Shown one piece after another: positions 25,457 through 38,679 of a stretch of DNA of 64,000 bases. Made by a program: the position numbers and the translations under genes. The notes below the pieces were generated by a model that was given only the letters and a program-made list of their open reading frames with translations, did not search any database and was not told the DNA's origin. Every line of letters begins with the position of its first letter. Within the stretch, counting starts at the first letter, position 1. Origin of the DNA: Scyliorhinus canicula (Eukaryota); contig NC_052162.1 in assembly GCF_902713615.1 (NCBI RefSeq), positions 131,650,653-131,714,652 on the forward strand. Reading direction: 5' to 3'.

Positions 25457-27002
25457 AAGGATTGCTTCCTGAGATTGAAAGGTAACTCATATAGTTCTCA
25501 CTTTCCAAATCAGAGACAGGGAACACAGGCCCCTCAATCACAGGGAAGATGCTTGAGGAGCCTTATAGATTCTGTTTCTGATCACTGGAATAGAGAAGGA
25601 GCCATTAGAGAGTCTCAATGGCTTCTGAAAAACAAGGTCACATCTCTTTGAATTTTGTGAAGAAGTTACTGTGTTGGTGGATGAGGGGAATCGGGTTGAC
25701 ATTGTATATCTTAGAGTGTACCCCAACAACTTATATTTACACGGAGGGTTGTGGGGCTCGAGAAGGTTACAAAGACACTGGGGATCTCATTGACACTGTC
25801 TGTCTCAGGATTGTCAAACTAATTTTCCACAGTGGCTTCTGCTGTTTCTACATTAAGACCCTAATTAGAAGAGGTAAGCAGAAGCTTGGTCAGAGTTGAT
25901 TTTTAGGTGGTACTTTGGCTGTGATTCCTTTGGCTTGATAGCATTTGTTTCTGTGAAGCCACATGGAATGTTTACTTTTGTTAAGGAACTTGAGAAATGT
26001 AAGATGTTAACAGGGCCCATGAAAATCCTAAGAGGTGTCTGTTAAAGAAAATCAGTAATTCCAACCGTATTTGATGAATACCACTTTGAATGGTTTTACT
26101 CTAATCCTAAAAAGACAATTCAATTCAAGATCATGGCTATAATTAACCATCACACCTACATTATTAATCTGAAAGTCGGGGTGAAAAGGTTAAAATCATG
26201 GAGAGCGTTGTGATAATCTAAAAACACACTCAAGATTCCAAGCACGAGTGACCAGCAAGTGGAGAGTATCCCATTGCACGTCTGACTTGTGCCTAGTAGG
26301 AAGTGGACAGGTTTTGGGGAATCAGATGATTTACTTGCTGCAGGATTCCTAGCCTCTGAACTGCTCTTAGCCATGATAAGTTATATGGCCGCTCCCGTTC
26401 AGTCTCTGGTCAATTGGAGCCCCCCACCCCCTGAGGCCCCCGCCCCCCAAGGATGTTGCTATTGGGGGATTCAGTTATGATAATACCATTGAATGTCAGG
26501 GGATGATGGTTAGATTCCCTTTAGTTGCAGCTGGAGCAAAGCAACTGGAGAGCTAGTTGAGCATTTCTCCAAACACTGGTATCGAGCCAAGGAGGCCAAC
26601 CACAAGGGAATCGGGTCAGCTCTTCCTCTTCCTGATTGACATCGGGCACAAAAAAAACAACAGGATACAGGTGGATCTTACATTTTTTAAAGAATTTCCC
26701 CTAAGATGGCGCCAGAGCTGGTGACTCTCTATGAGCTCTGCCCTAAAGATCCTCTTCCTAAATCTTTTATAACCATTATTTATGGTATGTTCTATGATTA
26801 TTAATTATTATAGTATGTTCTATGTATTCATGTATGAAACAATTTGCCTGGACTGTGCGCAGAACAACTTATCACTGTACTTTGGTACACGTGTCATGGA
26901 ATATCACTTTAAGAAATGCTTGTCTTCTCAAGTGGTTGCAGAGATGTCATTGTGTGGGTGGAGATGGGCTCTGCTTTTTACTTTCATTTTGACCTGGAAG
27001 GT

Positions 27003-27946
27003 TGTTGCACGTTTTACTATGGGCGTAAAACGCGTTTATTGGAGTGTATTAACACGCCTCCGAGTTCGACGTGTGCTTAACACTGCTAGGCTCTGTTCTA
27101 TGTAATTATTTAGCTCTGGAGTCGCCAGTTGCCGTAAAGGCAACGTCACAAGTATTCCAAGGTCAAGTTCAAAGTAATAAAGACGATACACCGATTAGTA
27201 AAGTTCAAACGATCAATATTTATTATACAGTTATAATAAATACTCATGCACACTAAGAGACTAAGCTATAACTAAACTTAAGCAAACAGAATACTTATCT
27301 AACAGGAACAGGCAAGGTCAGAGAACGAGGCCTTCGTCCTGGTTTTGTCTGCAGCCTTCAGCAAGCGTTCTGGTACTTGGGAGTCTAGTGGGCTTGGATC
27401 GCGTAGCGAGCGTTGAACGTACGGTTTCGGCGGCTGGTGCTCAACGGCTGGAGTCAGGATGCGAGATGTCAGTCAGAGCCGGAGCACGGGTTTAACAGAC
27501 CGGGGCTCTGTGGGGGATTTGCTTTTATACCCCTCTCTCATGTCCTTGCCCCCTTCTAGGCGGGCTCTACCTTTTGGTACCGATTGGAACGTTTCCAAAC
27601 GGCTACCTTCGAAATCCTCCAATGCGGGGCTTTCCTCGATGTTGGGGGCTGGTTTCGATATTTGTTACTCTGGTGCCATTCTGCCTACTCCACCAATTAA
27701 CTGCTACATTGAGATGGAAATGTTGCCATTGTTTGTGTCTGGATCTGGGCTGCCTCATCAGGATGTTAAGCGTTTTGCCATTAACACCTTTGCTTGGAGA
27801 TCTGCACCTGGCCAGAAACTGGTTTGCTGTTTGCAAAATGCTAATTAGTTGAGAGCAGGCTGTCTGTTCTTACTAAACAGGCTTTCCCTGCTGCCTTCCA
27901 TTTTAGTTTGGCTCAGTGTCCATTTTGCGTGGCCAGCATGGCTACA
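27003..27946 (-). mobile_element. Solo LTR 2 (944 bp, TG...CA, TSD AGGT)
   Basis: AGGT at 26999-27002 and 27947-27950; minus-strand TATA-like GTATAAAAG (~27525) and AATAAA (~27035). Confidence 0.75.
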
Positions 27947-28288
27947 AGGTGCTTTTGGCTCTGAGTTTTACTTTCGGTTTTCAGTTCGGGAGCTGCTTTC
28001 AAGCCAAGAAGGTGTATTTTGGTCTCTCTCTCTACATGCTAAAGAATGTCTCCAGATCACTTGATAATTTCAAAGTAATATCTATTTCTGTAAGGAATGC
28101 AAACCTGCTGTTTTTGTAGGAAAAAGGGTGTTTGGTTTTTGGATGTTGTTAGGAAAGTTACTAAGGATTACCTAAAGAGTACTGTATCTTTTTGGGGTAG
28201 GTGGGTATCAGTGTTGGTAGTTGATAAGATGTTTACTGCGTGTTTATAAAATGTTAACTGGATTCATAGAATAAACATTGTTTTGTTT

Positions 28289-30903
28289 TATTAAAAAATC
28301 AAGGATAAGTTGGCACCCCTGATGGTGGGGATGTTTGAAGAGGCAATAGGGAAGGGGATGTTGCCACAAACCTTGGGGCAGGCATCGATTTCACTGTTGC
28401 TAAAAAAAGATAAGGATCCGACGGAGTGTGGGTCATAAAGGCCCATATCACTTCTGAATGTGGACGTAAAAGTATTGGCGAAGATACTGGTGGGTAGGCT
28501 GGAGGGGTGCCTCCCGAAGGTGATGATCAGACAGGGTTTGTGAAAGGGAGGCAGCTGTTTTCGAACATTAGGAGGCTTTTGAACGTTGTTATGGCACCGG
28601 CGGAAGGGAAGAAAACAGAGGTGGTTGTGGCATTGGACGCCGAGAAGGCGTTTGACTGGGTGGAATGGGGGCACCTGATGGCAGTTCTGGAGCAGTTTGG
28701 GATTGGACCAAGATTTGTGAACTGGGTAAAGCTACTATATAAGGAGCCGAAGGCGAGTGTCCGCACAAACAATGTGATACTTTTCTCTCCGCCGTAGGAT
28801 GAGGCAGGGATATCCTATGTCCCCCCTGCTGTTTGCACTTGCGATTGAGCCGTTGGCCATCACATTAAGAAGTTCGGGAGCATGGAAAGGAATAGTGCGG
28901 GGGGGGGGGAGTGGGGGGGGGGGGAGAGTAGAGCATAGGGTGTCCTTATATGCCGATGACTTGCTGCTGTATGTGGCAGAACTGAGTGCGTCAATAGGAG
29001 GAATATTGGAGCTACTGCGAGTATTTGGGTCATTCTCGGGGTACAAGCTGAACCTGGACAAGAGTATTTTGTGGTGTCTCAAGCGGGGGTGGGGGCAGGG
29101 GTGGGGGGGGGGGGCGCTGCCATTCCGTAGGGCAGGACTCACTTTAGGTATCTGGGGGTGCAGGTGGCCCGGGAGTGGGGGAGGCTTCGCAGGTACAGCA
29201 TCACTAGTTTGGTAGGGAGAGTGAAAGCCGATCTGGCGAGGTGGGATGGTCTCCCTCTGTCACTGGCGGGTCGGGTACAGGCGGTTAAAATGAATGTGTT
29301 GCCGCGATTTCTGTTTATTTTTCTATGCCTATCGATTTTCCTGCCAAAGGCTTTTTTCAGGGAGATTGAGGGAAGGATTACCTCGTTCATATGGGGAGGG
29401 AAGGTGGCCAGAGTGAGGAAGGTGCTGCTACAGAGGGGAAGGCAGGCAGGGGGTTTGGGTCTCCCGAACCTGTGTATTACTACTGGGAGGCGAATCTGGA
29501 GAAGGTGCGGAGCTGGGTCAGAGGGGTTGATTCCCAGTGGGTCAGAATGGAGGAGAGTTTGTGCAGAGGGTCGGGACTGAAAGCACTAGCAACAGCGCCA
29601 CTCCCGATAGCCCCGGGGAAATACTCAGGGAGTCCGGTAATAGTAGCTTCATTGAAAATCTGGAGGCAGTTTCGCCAACACTTCAGGTTGGGGGCAGGGT
29701 CAAGGGAAATGCCGATTCGGGGGATCCACAGATTTGAGCCAGGGAACTGGGATGGAAGTTTTCAGAAATGGGAAGAGAAGGGGATTAAGACGCTAAAAGA
29801 TTTGTTTCTTAGGGGTCGGTTTGCAGGATTGAGGTAGCTGGAAGTGAAGTATGGGCTGGAGCAGGGGGAAACGTGTAGACACATGCAGGTTCGAGATTTT
29901 GCTAGGAAGGAGTACAGAGCTTCCCAGAGGAATCGGCCTCCACATCGCTGGAGGAGGTGCTGACGACAAGGGGGCTGGAGAAGGGGACAGTGTCAGCGGT
30001 GTACGGAGCTATTTTGGATGAGGATAAGACACCACTGGAAGGGATCAAAGCAAAGTGGGAGGAAGAGTTGGAAGAGGTTATAGAGGAGGGGGTCTGGTGT
30101 GAGGTGCTCCAGAGAGTGAATGCCTCCACCTCATGTGCGAGGTTGGGGCTGATACAGCTGAAGGTGGTATACGAGGGCGAGGATGAGCCGATTCTTTGAA
30201 GGAGTAGAAGATGTGTGTGAGCATTGCAGAGTGTGTGTGTGTGTGTGGGGGGGGGGAGGGGTGAGTGCTAACCGTGTTCATATGTTTTGGACCTGTCCCA
30301 AGCTAAAGCATTACTGGAATGAGGTTTTTAGGGTAATTTCTAAGGTGGTGCATGTGAAACTGGACCCAGGTCCCCGGGAGGCCATATTTGGGGTATTGGA
30401 CCAGCCAGGGTTGGAAACGGGTGCGGAGGCAGATATCATAGCCTTCGCCTCGTTGATCGCCCGAAGGCGGGATCCTGCTGGGATGGAGAGCGGCCTCTCC
30501 ACCCTGTGCCCTGGCGTGGGGACTTGTTGGAATTCTTGACTCTTGAGAAGGTTAAGTTTGAACTGAGGGGAAGCTCGGAGAGGTTCTACAAGTCACGGGC
30601 ACTATTTATTAGGCACTTTCAAGAACTGGATAACATCGAACATTAGTTTGGGGGGCGGGGGGTGGAAGAGTTGTGGGGAGGGTGGCTGTGTATATTAAGG
30701 ATGACTGTGGGTAATCCCTGATTCCTTTTTGTCATTTGTTTATGTAAAAATGCCGGCTGATGTTTGGGGGTTGGTGGGAGGATGGGATCGTTGTTATTGT
30801 TCTGGGGATTGACATCTCTGTTGCTGATTATTGTTTATTGTTGGTGGGTGTAAATTCGGGAGAAAATGTGAAAAAGGATGAGAATAAAAATATTTATTAA
30901 AAA
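28289..30903 (+). mobile_element. L1-clade LINE, 5'-truncated, with A-rich tail and 16-bp TSD
   Basis: DQTGFVKGRQ, LDAEKAFD, RQGYPMSPLLF, YADD, GGLGLPN, HMFWTCP; TSD AAACATTGTTTTGTTT at 28273-28288 and 30904-30919. Confidence 0.92.
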
Positions 30904-31422
30904 AAACATTGTTTTGTTTACAAATACTTTAGCTCTCTGTTGCATCACACGTGGAAAGTGGGCCCTGTGCTCCTCATAACCAAAATTTATAAGAAGTTGT
31001 AGGTGAAGTCAGGTGAACTTCATGATACACTTTGGTGTTCTCTCAACCCTGACCCATAATACACGTGAAAAAAAAATCTAAAGTGTGTGAGGGTCACATT
31101 CAGGAGAAGGTCACATTCATTGATCAATAAGGGGATCAGGCGGATGAGAAAAATATCAGCCATGACTGAATGGAGGAGCGGACTCGATGGGCCAAGTGGC
31201 CAAATTCTGCTCCTATGTCTAATGGTCTAAGTTATTAAAATGGAACCCCATACAGATAGACTGGGTCAATATTTACTGATATTTCCATTTTAATCACTGC
31301 TCTGGTACCTGACCCCTCTTAACTTGATCCATCACATCAACACTTGGACTAACTGACTGGGCCGAGGTCTGTCTTGAATAAAAACGTGAGGACCACTTGT
31401 CACCACAGAATCCTAGATATTT

Positions 31423-31780
31423 CATAGATTATCATAGAACTTACAGTGCAGAAGGAGGCCATTCGGCCCATCGAGTCTGCACCAGCTCCTGGAAAGAGCA
31501 CCCTACCCAAGGCTAACACCTCCACCCTATCCCCATAACCCGGTAACACCACCCAACACTAAGGGCAATTTTGGACGCTAAGGGCAATTTAGCATGGCCA
31601 ATCCATCTAACCTGCACATCTTTGGACTGTGGGAGGAAACCGGAGCACCCGGAGGAAATCCACACACACACGAGGAGGATGTGCAGACTCCGCACAGACA
31701 GTGACCCAAGCCGGGAATCGAACCTGGGACCCTGGAGCTGTGAAGCGATTGTGCTATCCACAATACTACCGTGCTGTCCC
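31423..31780 (-). mobile_element. HE1-like SINE
   Basis: Family motifs. Confidence 0.85.
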
Positions 31781-31784
31781 CATT

Positions 31785-32340
31785 TACCGCACAGAGGACG
31801 CCATTCAGCCCATTGTGTCTGTGTTGGCTGAAAATGCTTTACCCAGTCTAATCCCACTTTCCATCTCTTGGTCTGTAGCCTTGCAGGTCACACACACTCC
31901 ATATCAGGGTGTCTTTAAATGTGATGAGGGTTTCTGTCTCTACCTCCCTTTCAGACAGAGTTCCAGATCCCCACCATCCCTGGGTGAAGAAAATCCTCAA
32001 TTCCCCTCTAATCTTTCCAATAGATACTTAAATCTCTGCCCCCTGGTTACTGACCTGTGTTATTGAAATAGGTCCTTCTGTCTTCTGATCCACTATATCT
32101 GGGACCCTCATAATTTTATACACCACAATTAAATGTCCACTCAGCCTCCTCTGTCCACAGAAAACAATCCTAGTTGATCCAATCTTCCCCCTTGTTAAAA
32201 TTCCCCAATCCTGGAAACATCCAGACAAATCTCTTCTGTACTCTCTCCAATACAAGCACATTCTTCCTGTAATGTGGTGACCAGAACTGTACTCCGTAGT
32301 CTAGCTGTGATCTAACTCGTGTTTTTTAGTTCTAGAATAA
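31785..32340 (-). mobile_element. Old CR1 3' fragment
   Basis: Degenerate RRLSGHLIVVYKIMR. Confidence 0.55.
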
Positions 32341-32779
32341 CCGTTCTCTAACCTTCCATTGACTTCAATGTGATGGAAACTGACAGCTGCAACCTGTCAG
32401 CATTTGAAAGATATTTACAAATGATTTGAGTTTCTTACAATTGGGACCTTTCTCTGTCCTATCCATTCGAGGTGCGAGGATATTCTCCTGTGAATATCCA
32501 GCTGGAGTTTTGGGCCTTGGTGTGTTTCCTTGTTCATCTTGTTGACTCTAAACATTGAATCTTGTGGCTTCAGACACCAGAGAATCAAACTCCCAACAAC
32601 AGATTGTCTTTCACTGACTTTATTAACAGTTCTGCAATAAAACAGACAAGAGTCAAATCCTTACACAGTGCCTGGTCATCAGTGAAATACTTAAATGATG
32701 AGCTTTAGATGTACTTCATATGTTTCTCAAGAAACGAAGGACATTTGGTATGTCCTCATTGACTCTTGCTGCTTTTTAC

Positions 32780-33450
32780 AGATGCACCACAGAAAGCATC
32801 CTATCTGGCTGCTTGGTACGGTAACTGATCGGCCCAAGATCATTTCTTAGGTGGATTAGCCATGCTAAATTGCCCCTTTGTGCCCAGAAAAGATGCTTAG
32901 GTTAGGAGTTATGGGGATAGGGAAGGGAAACGGGCTTAGGTGGAGTGTTATTTCAGAGGCTCGGTGAAGACTCGATGGGCTGAATGGCCTCCTTCTGCAC
33001 TGTAGTGATTTTAACTGCAGAGAGTGGTGAACACAGCCCAGGACATCACGCGAACCTGCCTCCCACCCATTGACTCTGTCTACACCTCCCGCTGCCTTGG
33101 GAAATGGGCAGCATAATTAAAGATCCCTCCCATCCGGGATATTCTCTCTTCCAACCTCTTCCTTCAGGCAGAAGACGCAAAAGTCTGAGAACTCGCTCTG
33201 ACAGATTCATAAACAGCTTCTTACCTGCTGGTGCCAGACTCCTAAAAAGCCCTTTTGTGGACTGAAATGATCTCTTCCCACATCTTCACTGGTGTAGCAC
33301 CATACTTTGTATGCTTTAGCCGATGTCCAGGTCTATGTATTTACGTTGTGTATCTACTGTATGTCCTATGTTTTTCATGTATGGACGATCTGACTGGACT
33401 GTACGCAGAACAATACTTTTCACTGTACCTTGGTACAAGTGACAACAAAT
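32780..33450 (+). mobile_element. Rex1/Babar-like 3' fragment with a SINE piece inside
   Basis: GAAAGCATCCTATCTGGCTGC, AACAGCTTCTT, GGTACAAGTGACAACAAA. Confidence 0.55.
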
Positions 33451-34034
33451 GTTAATCTACTGCAAAGCCTGCAATATAGGAATGGTGTATTGGAAAAAAA
33501 AGAGGGGGCAAATGGTGTATTGGTTTGTAACTGTAATGTAATTTTCTTTTTTTTTTCCTTTTTAAAATTTAGAGTACTCAATTCATCTTTTCCAATTAAG
33601 GGGCAATTTAGCGTGGCCAATCCACCTACCCTGCACATCTTTGGGTTGTGGGGGTGAAACCCACGCAAACACGGGAGACTGCAAACTCCAATTGTAATAT
33701 AATTTTAAATCAATATTCCTTCTTGTAATATTCCGTCCGCCACTTCCCTGTTACCTAATTAATGAGTTAATTGTTGTTATCACATGATTGTCAGATTTCC
33801 ATTGTTTTAGCTTGATTCCTTTGTCAATGTTTGAATTTTATGATGTCCGTTACACGACAATTCAGCCTTTGGGCTCTGAACAGGTTTCTTGATTAAAATT
33901 CCATTATATTTAAAATTAGTTACCTGATCTGGAGAACAGAGATAATACAGTGGATTCAGAGCTCACTTCTCCTCAGACCATAAGACTTAGGAGCAAATGT
34001 AGACCACTCGGCCCATCGAGTCTGCTCTGCCATT

Positions 34035-34262
34035 CCCATCAGTCTGGCAGACTCCTGTTAAATACAGAGCAGTACAGGAGCACACTGACAGTGTAACACA
34101 GTCCCATCAGTCTGCAAACTCCTATTAAATACAGAGCAGTACAGGAGCACACTGACAGTGTAACAGAGTCTCATCAGCCTGCAGACTCCTGTTAAATACA
34201 GAACATTACAGGAGCACAAAGACAGTGTAACAGTTTCATCAATCTGCAGGCTCCTGTTAAAC
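34035..34262. repeat. Minisatellite, ~67-bp unit, ~3.4 copies
   Basis: CATCAGTCTGCAGACTCCTGTTAAATACAGAGCAGTACAGGAGCACACTGACAGTGTAACA repeated. Confidence 0.85.
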
Positions 34263-34982
34263 TTGCTGTGAGGATTTCAATTTCAACCAGATTGAATGTG
34301 CGATGTTTGATTTACACATTAAAGGTGAGAACAAACAAAGAACAGTACATTACAGGAACAGGCCCTTTGACCCTCAAAGCCTGAACTGGTCATGATACCA
34401 CCCTTGACCCTAAACTCTCAGCACTTTCGAGTGCTGTATCCCTCTATTTTCCTTTTATAAATTTAGAGTACCCAATTCATTTTTTCCAATTAAGGGGCAA
34501 TTTAGCATGGCCAATTCACCTACCCTGCACAGCTTTGGATTGTGGGGGTGAAACCTTGTGGCACGCCACTCAATACATCTTGCCAACCTCAAAAAGACCC
34601 ATTGTGCCTAAGCTCTGCTGTCTGTCATAGTGTCATAGCGTTTTACAGCATAGGAAGAGGCTCTTCGGCCCATTGTGTCTGTGCTGGCCATCAAACACCC
34701 ATCTATTCTAATCCCATTTGTCCGCAGCCTTGGATGCAACGGCATTTCAGATGCTCATTTAAGTACTTCTTAAATGTTGAAGGTTCCTGTCTCTACCACC
34801 CTTTCAGGCAGCGAGTTCCAGGTTCCCACATTCCTCTGGGTGAAAAAGATTTTCCTCAAATCCCCACAAAATGTCGTGTACCTGACCTTAAATAGGTGCC
34901 CCTGGCTATTGGCCCCTCTAAGAAGGGGAAAATGTTCTTATTGTTCGCATAATATGGTATTTTCACATCAGTGACAGAAGTT

Positions 34983-35313
34983 AGAATTACATAGAATTTA
35001 CAGTGCAGAAGGAGGCCATTCGGCCCATCGAGTCTGTACCGGCTCTTGGAAAGAGCACCCTACCCAAGGTCAACACCTCCACCCTATCCCCATAACCCAG
35101 TAACCCCACCTAACACTAAGGGCAATTTATCATGGTCAATGCACCTAACCTGCACATCTTTGGACTGTGGGAGGAAACCGGAGCACCCGGAGGAAACTCA
35201 CGCACACACGGGGAGGATGTGCAGACTCCGCACAGACAGTGACCCAAGCCGGAATCGAACCTGGGACCCTGGAGCTGTGAAGCAATTGTGCTATCCACAA
35301 TACCACCGTGCTG
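34983..35313 (-). mobile_element. HE1-like SINE
   Basis: Family motifs. Confidence 0.85.
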
Positions 35314-37212
35314 CTCTTGCAATCAATGCAATCAGTTTGGAGATAACTCCCAAATCTCCGGTTCTCAAACGCTTGGTTTGAAAGATAACAAATGAGATAA
35401 AACAAAATCTTTAAAAGGCAAAGGTGTTCATTCAAATTGTCACCGGGCTATCAGTGGAAAGGTTTAGCTTACGCCCTCGTCATAATTTACATCCCATGGG
35501 GCTTTTCACAGTAACTTCATTGAAGACTACTTGTGACAATAAGCGATTGTTCTTATTATCTCGACCTATCTTTGTGTTATCAGCAAATTTGATAGCCATC
35601 TCACCCTCCCTTCATCCAAGTCATTTGTTAGTTTTCTAATACGATACTGCGACAGTTTGTGATGATTTCATGGTTCTCACCATTACCTGGTGTAGCCCAG
35701 GTTCATTTTGTACCCATTCCCATCCATCACTGTCCCGGAGGCATTTTTACCCCCACCCCGATTCTCCATCCCATCAGAGAGAACTCAGTGACAGACTTCA
35801 GATTCAGTCATTTAATGTCAGGTCTGACAGACCAACATGCACCGAGACGCACAATCAACCCTATCTAATCAACATTATGTAAGAAGGATTGACCTGATGA
35901 TTGGGAAGAGTTTTCTCCTAATCAGTTACTATAGCAACAAACTTGTCCATCGAGCTGTATCACGCTTGAGTTCCAAAACCTTAACGAAGAGGCAAAGAGG
36001 GAGCAAATCCTGTTCACCGAATCCCGCTATACATGGGACACCCTGCCCCAAGGTTTCCAAGATCTGCGGCTGGAGAGTCACCTACTCCAGTCACATGAAG
36101 ACAAATAAGAGAAACACGTGACTCTGAGCAGATGTCACCCCCGAAATGAGGAGCAGCCGACAACCTCACAACAGAGGATGAGGCGGTCAGGAAGGCGTGA
36201 CAGTCGATGGGACTTTCTGTGTTTGAGCAGTTCAGCTGGAACTCCATCCTTGCCGGGTGCCTTTCTGCTTGCTCAGCGATCAATGGGCTTTTCCAGCTCA
36301 AATGACAAGGGTTCCTGTTCCAACTCAACCATGTCAGGAATCTGCAAGACAATCAGAGACTGGGAGATGTCTATCTCATGGGAGGACAGCTCAGTCATGT
36401 TCAATCCAGCGGGACATCGGTTTGTTTTGGTCAGTAAGAACTTCACAATCTGACAATTTCAGGGCAGCAACTTTGGTGACTGTAGGACAAAGCGCCCTTA
36501 GTCACATCAAACTTAGCACATCTATTTCCATTGTCACAGGTAATTTGGAATTATTGATGTCGGCTGATCCAATGTTTATTTCCACAGTACCTCAGCGTCT
36601 TTTACACATCTGTCCTGGTTACTTTCAAGTGTTCTAGCTGTTGTACATCAGGTACAAATGTCATCTCTGCTGAGTGGGTCTCAAACAAGTCTTTGTTGTG
36701 GGTTCCACCTTTACCAAATGTTGCTGCTGCTGTGTCAGAAATGATTCAACTCAGCGATTTCCAAACTTCATCAATATCACTGTTGACGTGCCTGTTAGGA
36801 ATTTCATTGCATAATGGACATGCCACTCTGAAGAAGTCAGCAAGAATGATCAGGAAAGATAAATGAAGAGTTTCTCATTGGAGATGTTAATTAGCAGATG
36901 TTAATTAGCAGAACATTTCAGACACTGAACTGCAGATTTTGCATCACATTCAAATTTAAGATTGAAGTAGAAAGTTCATATTTATTTTAAACAAGTTTCT
37001 GTTGAGAGTTCTTGAATTAAAGAGAAAGATCACAGGTGGTGCTTTTAAAAAAAGAGACATTGAAGCCCTGATAATCAGTGACATCTCCAGAATATTAAAC
37101 TGCAGCCAGTTATAGGGATTGTCAACATCAGCAGAATCAAACCAGATATTGTCAGACTATCAATCCTGGATGTGATTAGCAGCAGCCAAACAGCAGATTC
37201 CAATCCCTGCAC

Positions 37213-37803
37213 TCACTTGTGAACTCGCTGGTGTCTCAGCAGGTGTTGTGACTGAGTGAATCCCGCTCCGCACAAGGAGCAGGTGAACCGTCTTCCCCCG
37301 GTGTGATCCCACTGATGTGTCAGCAGCTGGGATGACCAAGGGAATCCCTTCCCACACACTGAGCAGGTGTACGGCTTCTTGCCAGTGTGAGTGCGTTGGT
37401 GCTCACTGAGGTCAGCTGAGTCACTGAAACCCTCTCCACAGGTGATGCACCTGAATGGGTCCTGGTTTGTGTGCATTTGGTGATGTGATTGGAGGGTGAC
37501 TATCTGAGTGAATCCCTCCCCACACACAAAGCAAATGAATGGTTTCTGACCCGTGTGAATTCTCTGGTGTTCAGTGAGGATGGATAAGGACTTGAATTTC
37601 TCTCCACAGGTTGTGCAGCTGAATGGCGTCTTCTCAGCGTGAACTCGCTGGTGTAACCGAAGGCCAGATAACTGAGTGAATCCTCTCTCACATATTGAAC
37701 AGTTGAACGGCCTTTCCCCAGTGTGAACACGTCGATGGATTTCCAGCCGGGATGAAGAATTGAATCCTTTATTGCACTCCTCACATTTCCATGGTTTCTC
37801 CAT
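37213..37803 (-). CDS. C2H2 zinc-finger protein C (196 aa, 7 fingers)
   Basis: ATG at 37803 (MEKPWKCEEC); the track's 37839 start is TTG right after an in-frame TGA. Confidence 0.9.
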   Translation of the reverse strand: MEKPWKCEECNKGFNSSSRLEIHRRVHTGERPFNCSICERGFTQLSGLRLHQRVHAEKTPFSCTTCGEKFKSLSILTEHQRIHTGQKPFICFVCGEGFTQIVTLQSHHQMHTNQDPFRCITCGEGFSDSADLSEHQRTHTGKKPYTCSVCGKGFPWSSQLLTHQWDHTGGRRFTCSLCGAGFTQSQHLLRHQRVHK

Positions 37804-38132
37804 GGTATCAGTTTCCCTGGGTCTCTCCAGTTTGGACAATCAGTTGAAGCTTTGTCCACACACACAGAACATGTGTACGGTTTGTCCCCACTGTGATTTT
37901 TTTTTTTTACAGGCTGTTTCAGTGGTTAAAGCTCTTTCTCCAGTCCGTCTTCATTTTTTTCCTGTCACACTGATGTTTCAATTGGTGCTACCCCGACACA
38001 ACATGCAAACATTTCTCCTTCCAAATTCAAAGACTGATGATATTCACGCCGTGGTGAATCAGTGACTCTGTCAGATCATGCTGTGATGTTCAATGTGAGC
38101 TTCCTGTTTGTAAATCCACCCATTCTAATGCC
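37804..38132 (-). other. ZNF C exon leader (acceptor CTTTCCAG|G), uORF 38012-37965, stop 37842-37840
   Basis: Homologous to the other leaders. Confidence 0.7.
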
Positions 38133-38679
38133 CTGGAAAGGGAGTTTACACAAATTTAAATACAGGAAAGAAATTCTGAAGACAATTTTATTTTCCATGA
38201 AGCACGTTTTCCTCACTTGCACCTGCAAAGCAATAAATCCTAATCCCATACATTCTCCCACCTCCCTGTGCTGGAATGCAGATCTCAGGTTTACTAATTA
38301 TTTTGCAGGATAGTCCTGTATTTGAGTCCACTGTCCCAGGCTGCATGGATGCTGTTTGTCCAACAAATTGGACCTTTGTCAAGGAATAGAACCCTGTTCT
38401 TTACTGTCTGTGTTCCAGCAACTCTGGCAGAAACTGCCCCCACACGGCCTAGCCTCAGCTTTGGTGGAATCCCACCCACCACTCACATGGTCTTCCAGGG
38501 CAGGCTGTGCCTTCATTTACACCGTAAGAGTTGGACAGCCCGTCAAACCATGCTCGCTATTACAACCCTTACACTTTACCCCCTCCCTCCATTCTGGCCG
38601 GGTTCAGATCTCAACTCCCTCTGACCACAGTGAGTATAAAACCAATGAATCACCATTTTCTCTCCTGGTCACTGGAATC

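Larger units (their letters stand above)
26892..31061. mobile_element. Solo LTR-like element 1 (TGTCATG...CATAATA, TSD CACG) hosting a second LTR and an L1
   Basis: CACG at 26888-26891 and 31062-31065; imperfect inverted termini. Confidence 0.6.

Noticed and set aside
34035-34262. CRISPR-like repeat array
   Set aside because: Whole units repeat with no unique spacers; eukaryotic context
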